This document shows positions 30,399-39,849 of a stretch of DNA of 64,000 bases, piece after piece (within the stretch, counting starts at the first letter, position 1; each line of letters starts with the position of its first letter). The notes under the pieces are model-generated. The model was given only the letters and a program-made list of their open reading frames with translations, had not been told where the DNA came from and ran no database searches. The DNA is from Candidatus Heimdallarchaeota archaeon (GTDB lineage: Archaea; Asgardarchaeota; Heimdallarchaeia; Hodarchaeales; Hodarchaeaceae), in the NCBI GenBank assembly GCA_011364965.1, contig RDOB01000005.1:64001-128000 (forward strand). Reading direction: 5' to 3'. Position numbers and translations under genes: made by a program.

Positions 30399-30548
30399 TC
30401 TCAAACTCCCAGGAAAAGTTGAGAAAATACTTTTTAAGCAAAAATAATTTGTGCGACAATAATAATGGCTCCTATGAGCTCATTGAAATTAGATTTGTCT
30501 AATTGCATATTGTCACATCATTTTAACAACTAGAGTTTCCTGGCCTCC
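30399..30548 (-). promoter_or_regulatory. Conserved structured leader element, copy 1 (upstream of ileS)
   Basis: Aligns without gaps to 62028-62177 (offset 31629), with identical 16-nt and 29-nt terminal blocks and complementary internal segments. Confidence 0.85.
30434..30508 (-). CDS. Ile-rich 24-aa putative leader peptide MQLDKSNFNELIGAIIIVAQIIFA
   Basis: Manual translation. Same length as the paralogue at 62063-62137, 12/24 identical, with synonymous changes. Confidence 0.75.
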   Translation of the reverse strand: MQLDKSNFNELIGAIIIVAQIIFA

Positions 30549-30554
30549 GGTTGA

Positions 30555-30571
30555 TTGAACAAATTGTTCAA
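30555..30571. promoter_or_regulatory. Perfect inverted repeat TTGAACAA-A-TTGTTCAA, candidate operator
   Basis: 8-1-8 palindrome between the TATA box and the leader element. Confidence 0.5.
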
Positions 30572-30573
30572 GC

Positions 30574-30590
30574 TCTTATAAGCTTTTGTT
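30574..30590 (-). promoter_or_regulatory. BRE/TATA promoter of the ileS leader
   Basis: Minus strand reads AACAAAAGC-TTATAAGA; TTATAA at 30576-30581 lies 27 nt upstream of the element, the same as in copy 2. Confidence 0.7.
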
Positions 30591-30718
30591 TTACGTCCAC
30601 AAAAATCCTTCCCAACATGATAAGCTATAGAAATATATGCACTAAAAAGAATATCTGAGAATTATAACCCAAATGTCTTGACATCATGCCTGATTCGGAG
30701 ACTCTATTCTATTTTTTA

Positions 30719-31717
30719 TTAAATGGCTCTCCATCCAATTCTTTGTTTAAAATCCAGATGTCTTACATTTTCAATTTTGAAATCGTACATTTTTTCAGCT
30801 TTTATACCCCACAATCCCAGTCTTCCATCAGTGGAGATGCGTATATCTTCTATAAAAGCTCTAAAAACATCCATTTTAGAAATTTGGTAAATCCCAGAGC
30901 TTAATACGAATGAAATACATCTTTGACTCGTTGAATCAACATCATAACGATAGAACCATTCATTTGCGATCAAAAAAGATAGAATATACCTTCCAGATGA
31001 TTCCAGTTCGAACGTTTCTGGATAAGCTTTTGGTAATAAGATTTTAAACCAATTTAAGTTTCTTTTTGCTAATGCAATAGAAATTAATTTAGCATTTTTC
31101 AAGGTAATGGCAGAGATCGCTTCAAAGTTGTTGCTAGCAGTCTCTAAGTCTCCATTCTGTAGAAATAATTCCCCCAGAAGGCAAAATTTTTCATCTTCTG
31201 AATTGAACTTATAATCACCAGCTTTAATTGCAGCAATTTCATCTTCTATATTTAGAATTACATCCCGTTCAAAAAATCTATTTTTCTTTTGAGAAACAAG
31301 CTTCTCTATTTGCGGATTTGCTTTCAAATCGGATTGACCTTGCGTATAAAAACTAAAAAGAATTTCTGCAAACGAATCAAATTCTTCTTCACTTAATTGC
31401 TCGGGTTTCTCATGTTTAATTTCAGTTAGATCATATACCTTTTCTCGCTCCATAATCTCCATGAAAAATAAGTCATTCTCCTCTAGCGATGTTTTTTCTA
31501 TTAAAAAAGCATGAATTCTCTTAACCTGAGTGAAATAGGTCGGAATAGATACTGTTCCCGCTCTAAACTTTGACTCTTGACTTAAAAACCAGTTTTTCCA
31601 TTCAACCCACTCATTTTCCGTAATATTTGGAATATCAGAAGATGAAAATAAATCTACTAAGATTTTACTTGCAATTTTCAATGATTCGAGGTCTTGTGTA
31701 ATGGTTATCGGATTCAT
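30719..31717 (-). CDS. Hypothetical protein (possible TPR-like segment)
   Basis: 332-aa ORF; LLGELFLQNGDLETASNNF resembles a TPR helix pair. Confidence 0.6.
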   Translation of the reverse strand: MNPITITQDLESLKIASKILVDLFSSSDIPNITENEWVEWKNWFLSQESKFRAGTVSIPTYFTQVKRIHAFLIEKTSLEENDLFFMEIMEREKVYDLTEIKHEKPEQLSEEEFDSFAEILFSFYTQGQSDLKANPQIEKLVSQKKNRFFERDVILNIEDEIAAIKAGDYKFNSEDEKFCLLGELFLQNGDLETASNNFEAISAITLKNAKLISIALAKRNLNWFKILLPKAYPETFELESSGRYILSFLIANEWFYRYDVDSTSQRCISFVLSSGIYQISKMDVFRAFIEDIRISTDGRLGLWGIKAEKMYDFKIENVRHLDFKQRIGWRAI

Positions 31718-31977
31718 GATCTCACTATCTGCAATAACGGCTAATTTCCAACAAAAGTTAAGTAGAAGAGTATCTTAAAGTATTTTTAGGAGATTAGCTT
31801 TAACCCCCTCGTACATCCTTTAATAACAAATGTTTTTCAAGGAGGACTGAATTCCTCTCTTCAGTAATTCCACCTTACGTATTAATTTATTTAGTAAGGG
31901 AAAATCTTGACCAGAATTTAGCTTAATGGTAGAAATAAGCATTTTAGGGTTATTTTTTTCTCAATGAGTTGTAAAAC

Positions 31978-32367
31978 ATGTCTGAAATAGCTCAAAAAGC
32001 AATTAATCTTGTCCAGAAGGTTTTTGATAGTAAGAGTGTAGAGATTCCTCTGTGTATATCCATCGTATCGTCTGATGGATTAGAATTATTTTCAACAAAA
32101 ACCTGCAATACAGAAGAGATGGAATCGATAAATATACTCGGGCTAATTGCATTTGAGGAGTTGAAATCCTCTTTCAATGCTCGTACGAATGAGGATATTA
32201 ATATTTTGATATTTAGAACAAGTAATAAAGAGTGTTATGTCGCTCCTGTCTCAGAAAATATATTTATGGTAGCATCTGCCTCACCAGGTGCTGTAGGTGA
32301 TGTTACACCGCTACTAGACGGACTGAGTGCTCAAGTGATGCACGAACTTACGAAATTGAATAAATGA
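31978..32367 (+). CDS. Roadblock/LC7- or profilin-like fold protein
   Basis: 129 aa with ISIVSSDGLELFS and a helix-strand pattern typical of the roadblock fold. Confidence 0.6.
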   Translation: MSEIAQKAINLVQKVFDSKSVEIPLCISIVSSDGLELFSTKTCNTEEMESINILGLIAFEELKSSFNARTNEDINILIFRTSNKECYVAPVSENIFMVASASPGAVGDVTPLLDGLSAQVMHELTKLNK

Positions 32368-32377
32368 GGTCAAAAAA

Positions 32378-33196
32378 ATGGAAGAACACTATAGAATTGT
32401 AGCGGAACAAGCAGCTAAAATGGCTGGATCTTTTCTGAGACTAATGTCTTTTAAAGACCTTCAAGTTTTTCGAAAAGGTGACGATGATTTTGTAACTAAT
32501 TTCGATATGGAATCTGAACGTTTAATTAAAAATCATATTCTCATGCATTTCCCAACGCATTTAATTCAATCCGAAGAGTCAGAAATAAAACTAGCGTCGA
32601 TGCCTGAAGAAGTAATTTGGTATATAGATCCTTTAGATGGGACAAAAGCATTTTTAAGAGGAAATTTGGCTTTTGTTTCTATGTCTATTGCAGCTTGGGA
32701 TAAGAATGGATTAGTCGCGGGTGTTGTTTACAATCCTTTTACTGATATGCTCTATTCTGCTGCAAGAAATGGTTCTGCTCGCTTGAATGGATCGAATCTA
32801 TTCAAGCCTAAAACATACCCAATTCAGAAGGCTCGTCTTTTAATCGACTTTTCCGATAAAATCCCAAAGAAACTCCAATACAAATTAGCAACAGCTGATA
32901 TTTCTGGTCGAATTGGACGATCCTACCGTTTAGGAGGAGGTATTTCTCAGCATTTGATGCTCATAGCCCAAGGAACACTTCATGGCGGGTTATTCTGGGG
33001 TGCAGGATATAAAGGGCAATTTTGGGATATTGCTGCAGCAAATTTAATCATTAAGCGATTGGGTTTGGAATTTACGAACCTTGATGGGGATAAGGTTCAT
33101 CCAAGTGACGAAATTTTTGATCAACTAGTTATTGCCTGCAATCCACTTCATAGTGAGATTCTAGAGTGGGTTAAAGATCTGAAAAGTGAAGATTAA
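32378..33196 (+). CDS. Inositol monophosphatase family protein
   Basis: DFVT, SEE, WYIDPLDGTKAF, WDIAAA. Confidence 0.92.
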   Translation: MEEHYRIVAEQAAKMAGSFLRLMSFKDLQVFRKGDDDFVTNFDMESERLIKNHILMHFPTHLIQSEESEIKLASMPEEVIWYIDPLDGTKAFLRGNLAFVSMSIAAWDKNGLVAGVVYNPFTDMLYSAARNGSARLNGSNLFKPKTYPIQKARLLIDFSDKIPKKLQYKLATADISGRIGRSYRLGGGISQHLMLIAQGTLHGGLFWGAGYKGQFWDIAAANLIIKRLGLEFTNLDGDKVHPSDEIFDQLVIACNPLHSEILEWVKDLKSED

Positions 33197-33210
33197 TGGA
33201 TAATAATAGA

Positions 33211-33978
33211 TTATTCTAAATCCCCCAGAAACCTTAACCTTTGTCTGTGTTGTCCATCTACAACATATTCATAAAGTACGAAGTCACCAGAGCGAACTAG
33301 TTTATCGAAAATCCTTTCACGAAGTTTTTCACCCAATTTAAAATACTCTCCAAATTCCCACCAGTCTAATTGTAAGGAGGTTCCAGTTATTGGATCTCTA
33401 GAATTCTTGAATTCGTTTCGGATCCATTCTTCTATATAAACAAGCAAATCTTTTTCTCTTTTCAGAGTATTTTGAATTACTTCAGCTTGTCTGAACGTAA
33501 TGTTTGGATAACGTTTATTTAACAGGTCTATTATTGTATCAGGGTCAATTTCTTCTCCAAAATTAGCATTTATCCTTTTATTTTGATTTTTAAGCTCTGG
33601 TTTATTGTACAGAGCCGAGATAGCGTTGAATAAGGTTAGAATATAATCTTCAGGAAGAAAACCGATCTCATTCATGTCGATTTTTACCAGTATCTTTTGA
33701 TGAGTTATATTCCAGTGCTTTACCTCTCTTCCTCCTGATTCCATTCGTTCCATGGTAAATTCTGCTAATCCTAATTCTTCGAGACTTTTTAGATGATGAA
33801 GAATCGTAGGTATCTTCTTCCGTAATTTGTCCGCTAATTGAGAGGCTGTTAATCCTTTTGGAGCATTCTGTTGGATGAGAAGAAGTATTTTTCTTCGAGT
33901 AGGATCTGCCAAAGCTTCTATAACTTGAATTCCATTGGCAGATTTATCAATATACTCTTCCATCACTTTTCGCTCCAA
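33211..33978 (-). CDS. ArsR-family winged-helix regulator with C-terminal extension
   Basis: ALADPTRRKILLLI...TASQLA...TILHHLKSLEELGL. Confidence 0.85.
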   Translation of the reverse strand: MERKVMEEYIDKSANGIQVIEALADPTRRKILLLIQQNAPKGLTASQLADKLRKKIPTILHHLKSLEELGLAEFTMERMESGGREVKHWNITHQKILVKIDMNEIGFLPEDYILTLFNAISALYNKPELKNQNKRINANFGEEIDPDTIIDLLNKRYPNITFRQAEVIQNTLKREKDLLVYIEEWIRNEFKNSRDPITGTSLQLDWWEFGEYFKLGEKLRERIFDKLVRSGDFVLYEYVVDGQHRQRLRFLGDLE

Positions 33979-34175
33979 TTACTCTGACGTCTCTCTCTTT
34001 TATATACTTCAAGTTCATGGCATCTAATAATGATTTAAATGCGAGTATATAAAGAATATAAGGTAATAATCCATTTATTACCATTCTTACCAACCTGGGT
34101 TCTTTATTCTTAAACTTTAAACTTTCAATACTGACAAAAAGACAGATCAAGTATATTTTTATTAATATGGAACAA

Positions 34176-34439
34176 TTACAGATTTTTAATATTTTTCCTT
34201 GCTCTTTCTACAATTATAATTCCAAAAAGCGACAGGGTTCCACTAAGAAGAAGTAAGAATCCCAAGATAAAACCCTTTCCAAAATAGAATATGGAGCTTC
34301 CCTTTGAGGCGGTAAAGATGCTAAATACTATTATAATTCCAATTAAAGATGCAGTAATTGAAATGAGGGTTAATATAAGAAGTATGGCTTTAGATGGTTC
34401 TACATGAAATTCATCTGGGAAGTCTTTTAAATCTGACAA
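34176..34439 (-). CDS. Small two-TM membrane protein
   Basis: Two hydrophobic helices, a basic tail and a GAGGAG ribosome-binding site upstream. Confidence 0.65.
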   Translation of the reverse strand: MSDLKDFPDEFHVEPSKAILLILTLISITASLIGIIIVFSIFTASKGSSIFYFGKGFILGFLLLLSGTLSLFGIIIVERARKNIKNL

Positions 34440-34961
34440 TAATATACTCCTCTAATTCTTGGAAATACGACATCCATATTATGAATAGTCTAAACTACAG
34501 AATTATCATAAGGATTTTGTGCCATAGAATTTGGATTATTATCGATTTATTAAGCTAGGAATCGAAAGGTGAAAGAAAATGAGAGACTATGTTCCTAAAG
34601 TGTAATTCTGGTCTTTTTGCTGAGATTGCATTGAAATATCCAAAATTTTCAAATAAAGAGGAATTTCTACAGTGTATTCATCTTAATGAGAGATTATGAA
34701 GGAATTAACTGCTTATTAGCTTTAATCAATGCACACTTTTGACCAGTAATTTTAATTATCGTTTGAATACAATTACACGTGATAATGTATGTTTAATCAT
34801 TGAGTATCCTGTAATACATGATTAGAGAGGGAATCTGATACAAAGATTCGAAATTAGGTCAACTTTTCATCAAATTCCCTAAAATCTGAACAAGAAAATT
34901 AATTCTATTTCTGATGTGAAACTTTAAGAAGAGAATGATCCATTTCATCTAAAAATGATGT

Positions 34962-35813
34962 ATGGTGAGACATTTGGTAGCTAATAAGGTGATTGTCGCT
35001 GCTTATGCTCATCCTGATGATGGTGAGTTTCTAGCTGCAGGAACACTTGCACGTTGTGTAGAAGAGGGAAATGAAGTATATGCAATTTGCGTAACGAATG
35101 GGGATCTGGGAGCAAAAACTTTGAGTAAATCGTCTAAAGAATTAGCTCAAGTTCGACAGAATGAGTTAATAGAGGCAATGAAAGTCATTGGGGGGCATCC
35201 TCCAATATTTCTAAATTGTCCTGATGGTTTTGTACGAGATCACTTAGAAGAACTTAAAGAGAGGCTTGTATATTGGTTTCGAAAATTAAAAGCAGAACTA
35301 GTTATAACATTTGATCCGTGGAAGATGTATGAAATTCATCCAGACCATATAGAAGTAGGTAGGATGGCATCAGAAGCTGCCTGTTTTGCTTGTTTTCCTT
35401 TGTTATACCCTAACCATATGAAAGAAGGTCTAGAGCCACATCAACCAGCGGAGGTTTGGTATATGTCTCCTTTTGAACATAAAGCTAACAGATTAGTTAA
35501 TATTTCCACAACCATGCGAAAAAAGATTGAAGCAGTTCTCTGTCATCAATCGCAAGTTGAGATGCTTGCAGATATGTTTATTCCAAGTGCAGATCCTCGA
35601 TCATTATCTTCTGAAGATAAAAGTCAACTTAAAGAGGCCACAGAAAATTTCTTATTAATGATTGCTCAAGGAATGGGATCTTTGTCAAATGGGAAGGTTG
35701 AACTTGCAGAAGCATTCTATGCAATTAAGGTAGGACCAGGTCATTTTGATAATTATCAAGAAATGCTTCAAGAGGCAATTGGAATACCAATAGACGAATT
35801 AGAAATAATTTAG
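34962..35813 (+). CDS. PIG-L/LmbE family deacetylase
   Basis: AHPDDGE, TNGDLG, RQNE, HPDH, HQSQ. Confidence 0.92.
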   Translation: MVRHLVANKVIVAAYAHPDDGEFLAAGTLARCVEEGNEVYAICVTNGDLGAKTLSKSSKELAQVRQNELIEAMKVIGGHPPIFLNCPDGFVRDHLEELKERLVYWFRKLKAELVITFDPWKMYEIHPDHIEVGRMASEAACFACFPLLYPNHMKEGLEPHQPAEVWYMSPFEHKANRLVNISTTMRKKIEAVLCHQSQVEMLADMFIPSADPRSLSSEDKSQLKEATENFLLMIAQGMGSLSNGKVELAEAFYAIKVGPGHFDNYQEMLQEAIGIPIDELEII

Positions 35814-36796
35814 ATCTGAAGTCTCTTAGTTGGAACTAATTTTATGATCTTATCAATTTGAGATTCAAGTTGGAAAAGTTCTTGTTTTCCTTTTAATTCG
35901 ATCTTAGGAGAGAAATCAAGAAGAAATTCAGGTTTTTCTTCACTTAGAATAACTAATGATCCGCTACTTCCTCCTAGTTTTACTCCAAGCACTCCATGTT
36001 GATCACAATAATTAAGCATTTCTTGGTCCATCTTTCTTTCCAATAAAACCTCAGGAGATGGATTTCCATAATAACCATATTGAGTTGTTAGTTTTTGGTT
36101 TTTATTGATCAATTCCGCCATCAAATTGATATCATTGTCAATTATTGCACGTTTACCTTGTATACCACAGTCAATTAATGATTTAATTATACTTTGGAGA
36201 GAAAAATCATTGGGATAAGCCACATATGGATATTTATGAACATCTCCACTCGAAATATTTTTACTCCTGATTCCAACCCAGAATGGAAAGTTATTCAGTG
36301 ACAATTCCTCCAAAACATAGCTATTATAATCTTTTGAGGTGAAATCCATATACATAACACCTCCTATTGTTATAATAAACCTATCTGAAGGGCCTGCTAT
36401 AATTCCAATGACATCTCGTTCAATTTTTGTGGAATAATGCGCAAGTTGTCTTTTTTCAAGTTTAAGATCAAATAATTCATCCAATCCAAGTAGTAAATTA
36501 ATTATAATAGCTGAAGATCCAGCTAATCCCCCTTGCTTGGGTATATTGGATTCGAAATTAATTTCAAATTCTTTAACATCATATCCTTGATTCTTTAGAA
36601 ACTTGAGTGAATTAAATATCAACGAATCTAATTTAATATCTTCAGAATTATTAATGGTAAATTTAAACTTATTTGTTTCTTTGATTTTTCCATCTACATA
36701 AAGATCTTTTAGGGTTGAAGATATAACAACTCCAAAATAAATATCAGAAGGATTTCCAAGAATTCCTACACGTCCATGAGTTCGATGTTTTATCAT
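35810..36796 (-). CDS. GHMP kinase, glucuronokinase-like
   Basis: GRVGILGNPSD N-terminus and ATP motif IPKQGGLAGSSA. Confidence 0.8.
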   Translation of the reverse strand: MIKHRTHGRVGILGNPSDIYFGVVISSTLKDLYVDGKIKETNKFKFTINNSEDIKLDSLIFNSLKFLKNQGYDVKEFEINFESNIPKQGGLAGSSAIIINLLLGLDELFDLKLEKRQLAHYSTKIERDVIGIIAGPSDRFIITIGGVMYMDFTSKDYNSYVLEELSLNNFPFWVGIRSKNISSGDVHKYPYVAYPNDFSLQSIIKSLIDCGIQGKRAIIDNDINLMAELINKNQKLTTQYGYYGNPSPEVLLERKMDQEMLNYCDQHGVLGVKLGGSSGSLVILSEEKPEFLLDFSPKIELKGKQELFQLESQIDKIIKLVPTKRLQI

Positions 36797-39231
36797 TATG
36801 ACATCACATATGGAATTTTGAATGAAATTCTGAGTTTAGCTTTGTTTGAAGGCATAGTAAGATGAACATTTAGGGAATTCAGGGATTGAGAAAATATCCA
36901 CCCTTCTTGTTTAGTTTTCAACGATTCATCAACTTTAACAATATCTTTTTCTTCTAAAGTAACTTTGGTTGGCGCATTTTTAGCATAAAAAGTTAAAGTG
37001 ACTGTTTCTGTTGGAAGCGAATCGATTTCAATGACTAATTCTTCCCCAATCCAATTTACCTTTGGAAATTGTTTAGTGGAACACGTAATAAATTTCTCTG
37101 TATCTCCAATGAAAGCAACCTTTTCCCCATGAATCGGAGCTAGAATCCAGTAAGAAAAATCATTCTTACTTAATTGGGTTTTAATTGAAGTGTTGGATTC
37201 AAGAACATTTAATTTTCGGGTTTTGTAATCATAACCAACATAATTTTCATTAATACCGAGTTCTGATAATTTTATCGATTGATCCTTAATTTTACTCGGG
37301 TATAAGTTTATTGAACAGACATAATACCAGATTAAGTCCTTTTTCTGGGAAATAGTACTGATTATGTAATATTTTCTGTGAGGTTGGAACATCCTGTCAA
37401 TAGGAGTAGCAGGGCGGTCTGGTTTTAATAATAATCCATCTGAGCGACAAGTTTTCATTAATAACTCCCTATCTAAAAATTCAGCTTTGTCGGCTGGACC
37501 CACAATACCAGCACTGAGAATACTGATTAATGTAGATAATTCTGGATATTTTTCCTTATAAAAAAATCGTGTAGACTCTCTAGATGTGAGATAACAGTCA
37601 ATAAATGGCCATATTCCTAGTGCGTAAGATAGAATGCAAGTTTGGGTGAAATTAGGGATATAAAATGATTTCGGAAATCGCGCGTTGTAATCTTGAGAGC
37701 ATCGTATTTGCGTAACTGCTGGAAATTCCATTGCTTGAAGGAAGAAAGCTGGAGTGGGCATGCAATATTGAATGGTTACATCTTTCCTTGCTGCTGCAGT
37801 CGCCATATCTGAGAGCCACTTATATCCTGTGTCAGTGTTTTCTTGTAAGTATTTAAAATGTTCAAATTGATTTTTAAGCCAATCTTGTTCATAAGTAACA
37901 ATATTCCATTCCCTGCATTTTTTCATTATCATTTCCCAGAACTCTATGGAAGTTGGATGAGCCCAAAATTTCTCTATCCTATGTGGGAAATTTTCATGTC
38001 CAAAATGAAAATTTTTTTTAGCGAACCACCTGTTATGGGCGATTAAAGGTTTTTTTATCTCTTTTGAAAATTCTTCTAGACCCTGTGGAAAATTCTTTTC
38101 CAGAGGAGCCCATTCCATGTTCCCTCCAATGAATAATTTGATTATTCGGAACGGCATCCAACGATAAGCCTTTTTATACCACCAGCTATCGAGCTGGTAA
38201 TAACATATTGGTATCTTCTTCTTTTTCGCAATACTATCAATCATATTGAAAGTTTCATGGTAATTCAGATTTTTTTCTGTTCTATAGTAATAATAAGCTC
38301 CATTATCAGTCCAGAATCCTAAGTATGAGAGAATAGGATCAGTATAAGCAGATTTTCTTTCTGTTTTATAATATCTAAGTAAAATATCTCCCCATTGAAA
38401 AAAGGAGTTGTTAATTCCTTTTCCAAAAACTAAAATTGATTTATTGGAGAAAAATTTCGGAATAGTAGTAATTTTTCCCTCTATTCCAAATTCTATGAAC
38501 CCTTCTTTCTCTTTTATCACTCCAAGAAGAAAATTATTGAGGGAAGAGAGAATAATCGTATTCAAATCATTATCATAAAGCATAACAGGGCCAGTAGTAG
38601 GTTTTTCTAGTTTATCCGTTGGAGGAGCGAATAAATCATTTCTGAACGTAAATATTTTCCGATTAGGACTCCGATTTTCAAAACATGGGAATATACAACT
38701 AAGATCGTAAAAATTACCTGTTGAAACCTCATTGAATTCCTCTAGGAATTGCTGTTCGAAAAGAATGAATGAATTTTTTGTATATTCCTTAAATACAGTT
38801 TGTATTACTTTATTTTCGATCATCCAAGTTAATTTGGTAGCTTTATACTCACCTAAGATATCCTCTTGCATTGAATCCTCGATATTAGAAAGCTGAAGTG
38901 CTTTTTCACCTATTTTGGGATGAGACGAATATGTATTCCTTTTATATCTGATTTTTACAAGTCCTTCAGAAAGAGCTCTGTTCTCACCAAAATCAATGGA
39001 ATAAATCCCTGTGATCGGATTAATCGTTAACATGGGTTTTTCCTGAATAGAAATTACCTGATTTCCTTCCGCTTCGTCTTCAAGTAAGGAATTATATGTT
39101 GCATCATCTGCTTTAGCTCTCTGCTCTAAAAAAAAAGGAGCCAGAAAATATCCAATGATAGATATAATACCCAAAGTGATTATAGAGGTTAGAAGCACGA
39201 TTAGAATGAGGATTAATTCACTACCGATCAT
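36796..39231 (-). CDS. Membrane-anchored putative glycoside hydrolase (clan GH-D-like TIM barrel)
   Basis: N-terminal TM; FWTDNGAYYYY, QLDSWWY, YEQDWL, QYCM, IRCSQDY, DGLLLKPDRP. Confidence 0.6.
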   Translation of the reverse strand: MIGSELILILIVLLTSIITLGIISIIGYFLAPFFLEQRAKADDATYNSLLEDEAEGNQVISIQEKPMLTINPITGIYSIDFGENRALSEGLVKIRYKRNTYSSHPKIGEKALQLSNIEDSMQEDILGEYKATKLTWMIENKVIQTVFKEYTKNSFILFEQQFLEEFNEVSTGNFYDLSCIFPCFENRSPNRKIFTFRNDLFAPPTDKLEKPTTGPVMLYDNDLNTIILSSLNNFLLGVIKEKEGFIEFGIEGKITTIPKFFSNKSILVFGKGINNSFFQWGDILLRYYKTERKSAYTDPILSYLGFWTDNGAYYYYRTEKNLNYHETFNMIDSIAKKKKIPICYYQLDSWWYKKAYRWMPFRIIKLFIGGNMEWAPLEKNFPQGLEEFSKEIKKPLIAHNRWFAKKNFHFGHENFPHRIEKFWAHPTSIEFWEMIMKKCREWNIVTYEQDWLKNQFEHFKYLQENTDTGYKWLSDMATAAARKDVTIQYCMPTPAFFLQAMEFPAVTQIRCSQDYNARFPKSFYIPNFTQTCILSYALGIWPFIDCYLTSRESTRFFYKEKYPELSTLISILSAGIVGPADKAEFLDRELLMKTCRSDGLLLKPDRPATPIDRMFQPHRKYYIISTISQKKDLIWYYVCSINLYPSKIKDQSIKLSELGINENYVGYDYKTRKLNVLESNTSIKTQLSKNDFSYWILAPIHGEKVAFIGDTEKFITCSTKQFPKVNWIGEELVIEIDSLPTETVTLTFYAKNAPTKVTLEEKDIVKVDESLKTKQEGWIFSQSLNSLNVHLTMPSNKAKLRISFKIPYVMS

Positions 39232-39419
39232 TCACTCAACTCTTCTTTTCATTAAGGTTAATGCTTACATCAAATTGATTACTTTTTCTCACTTTTTTCA
39301 AAGGATAATTAAAGCCTTAATTTTCAATTTTCAATTCTATACTGATATTATCCTAATGATATACGGGTTTTAGTATAACGTGATGATGTGTAAAATATCA
39401 CAGATTTGAGGGATATATA

Positions 39420-39683
39420 GTGACTGTACGAATTCAAACAAACCCCATGTCAACTCAAATGGTAAATCAATTTCAAGTTAGAAATTTTACAGATGAAAGG
39501 ATCGATGAAGAAGAACTTGCATGCTTAGTGCAGTTTTTAGCTTCTCTAGATATATGCAAATCATGTATCTCACAGATCCCTAAAATACAATCGCAATTTG
39601 GATCCGACCTTAGTTTCTCAATTGACTTTGAGAATCGTATTTTGGATATCAAATACGGTACGGGTTCTGTATGCGGATGGTGA
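39420..39683 (+). CDS. Small hypothetical protein
   Basis: 87-aa ORF with GAGGGA upstream; contains CxxC. Confidence 0.5.
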   Translation: MTVRIQTNPMSTQMVNQFQVRNFTDERIDEEELACLVQFLASLDICKSCISQIPKIQSQFGSDLSFSIDFENRILDIKYGTGSVCGW

Positions 39684-39849
39684 AGTTTTTCTTAAATAAA
39701 TTAGGTATCTAAAGTTGCACTAGAGTTCTCTCTTAGAAAAAGATAACTTCCATATTTTTCTTTCCCATTATTGAGTAATCCACGAAGAATAATCATATGG
39801 TAAGATAAAATACTATATATTTAATTCTTTTTTTTTAGTATTCAAGACT

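Noticed and set aside
30250-30459. 69-aa ORF-track call across the leader
   Set aside because: It is in a different frame from the conserved 24-aa ORF, and I see no supporting motif.
30399-30548. T-box riboswitch upstream of ileS
   Set aside because: No UGGNACC antiterminator bulge (only CUGGGAG) and no recognisable stem I motifs; the conserved ORF explains the pattern better.
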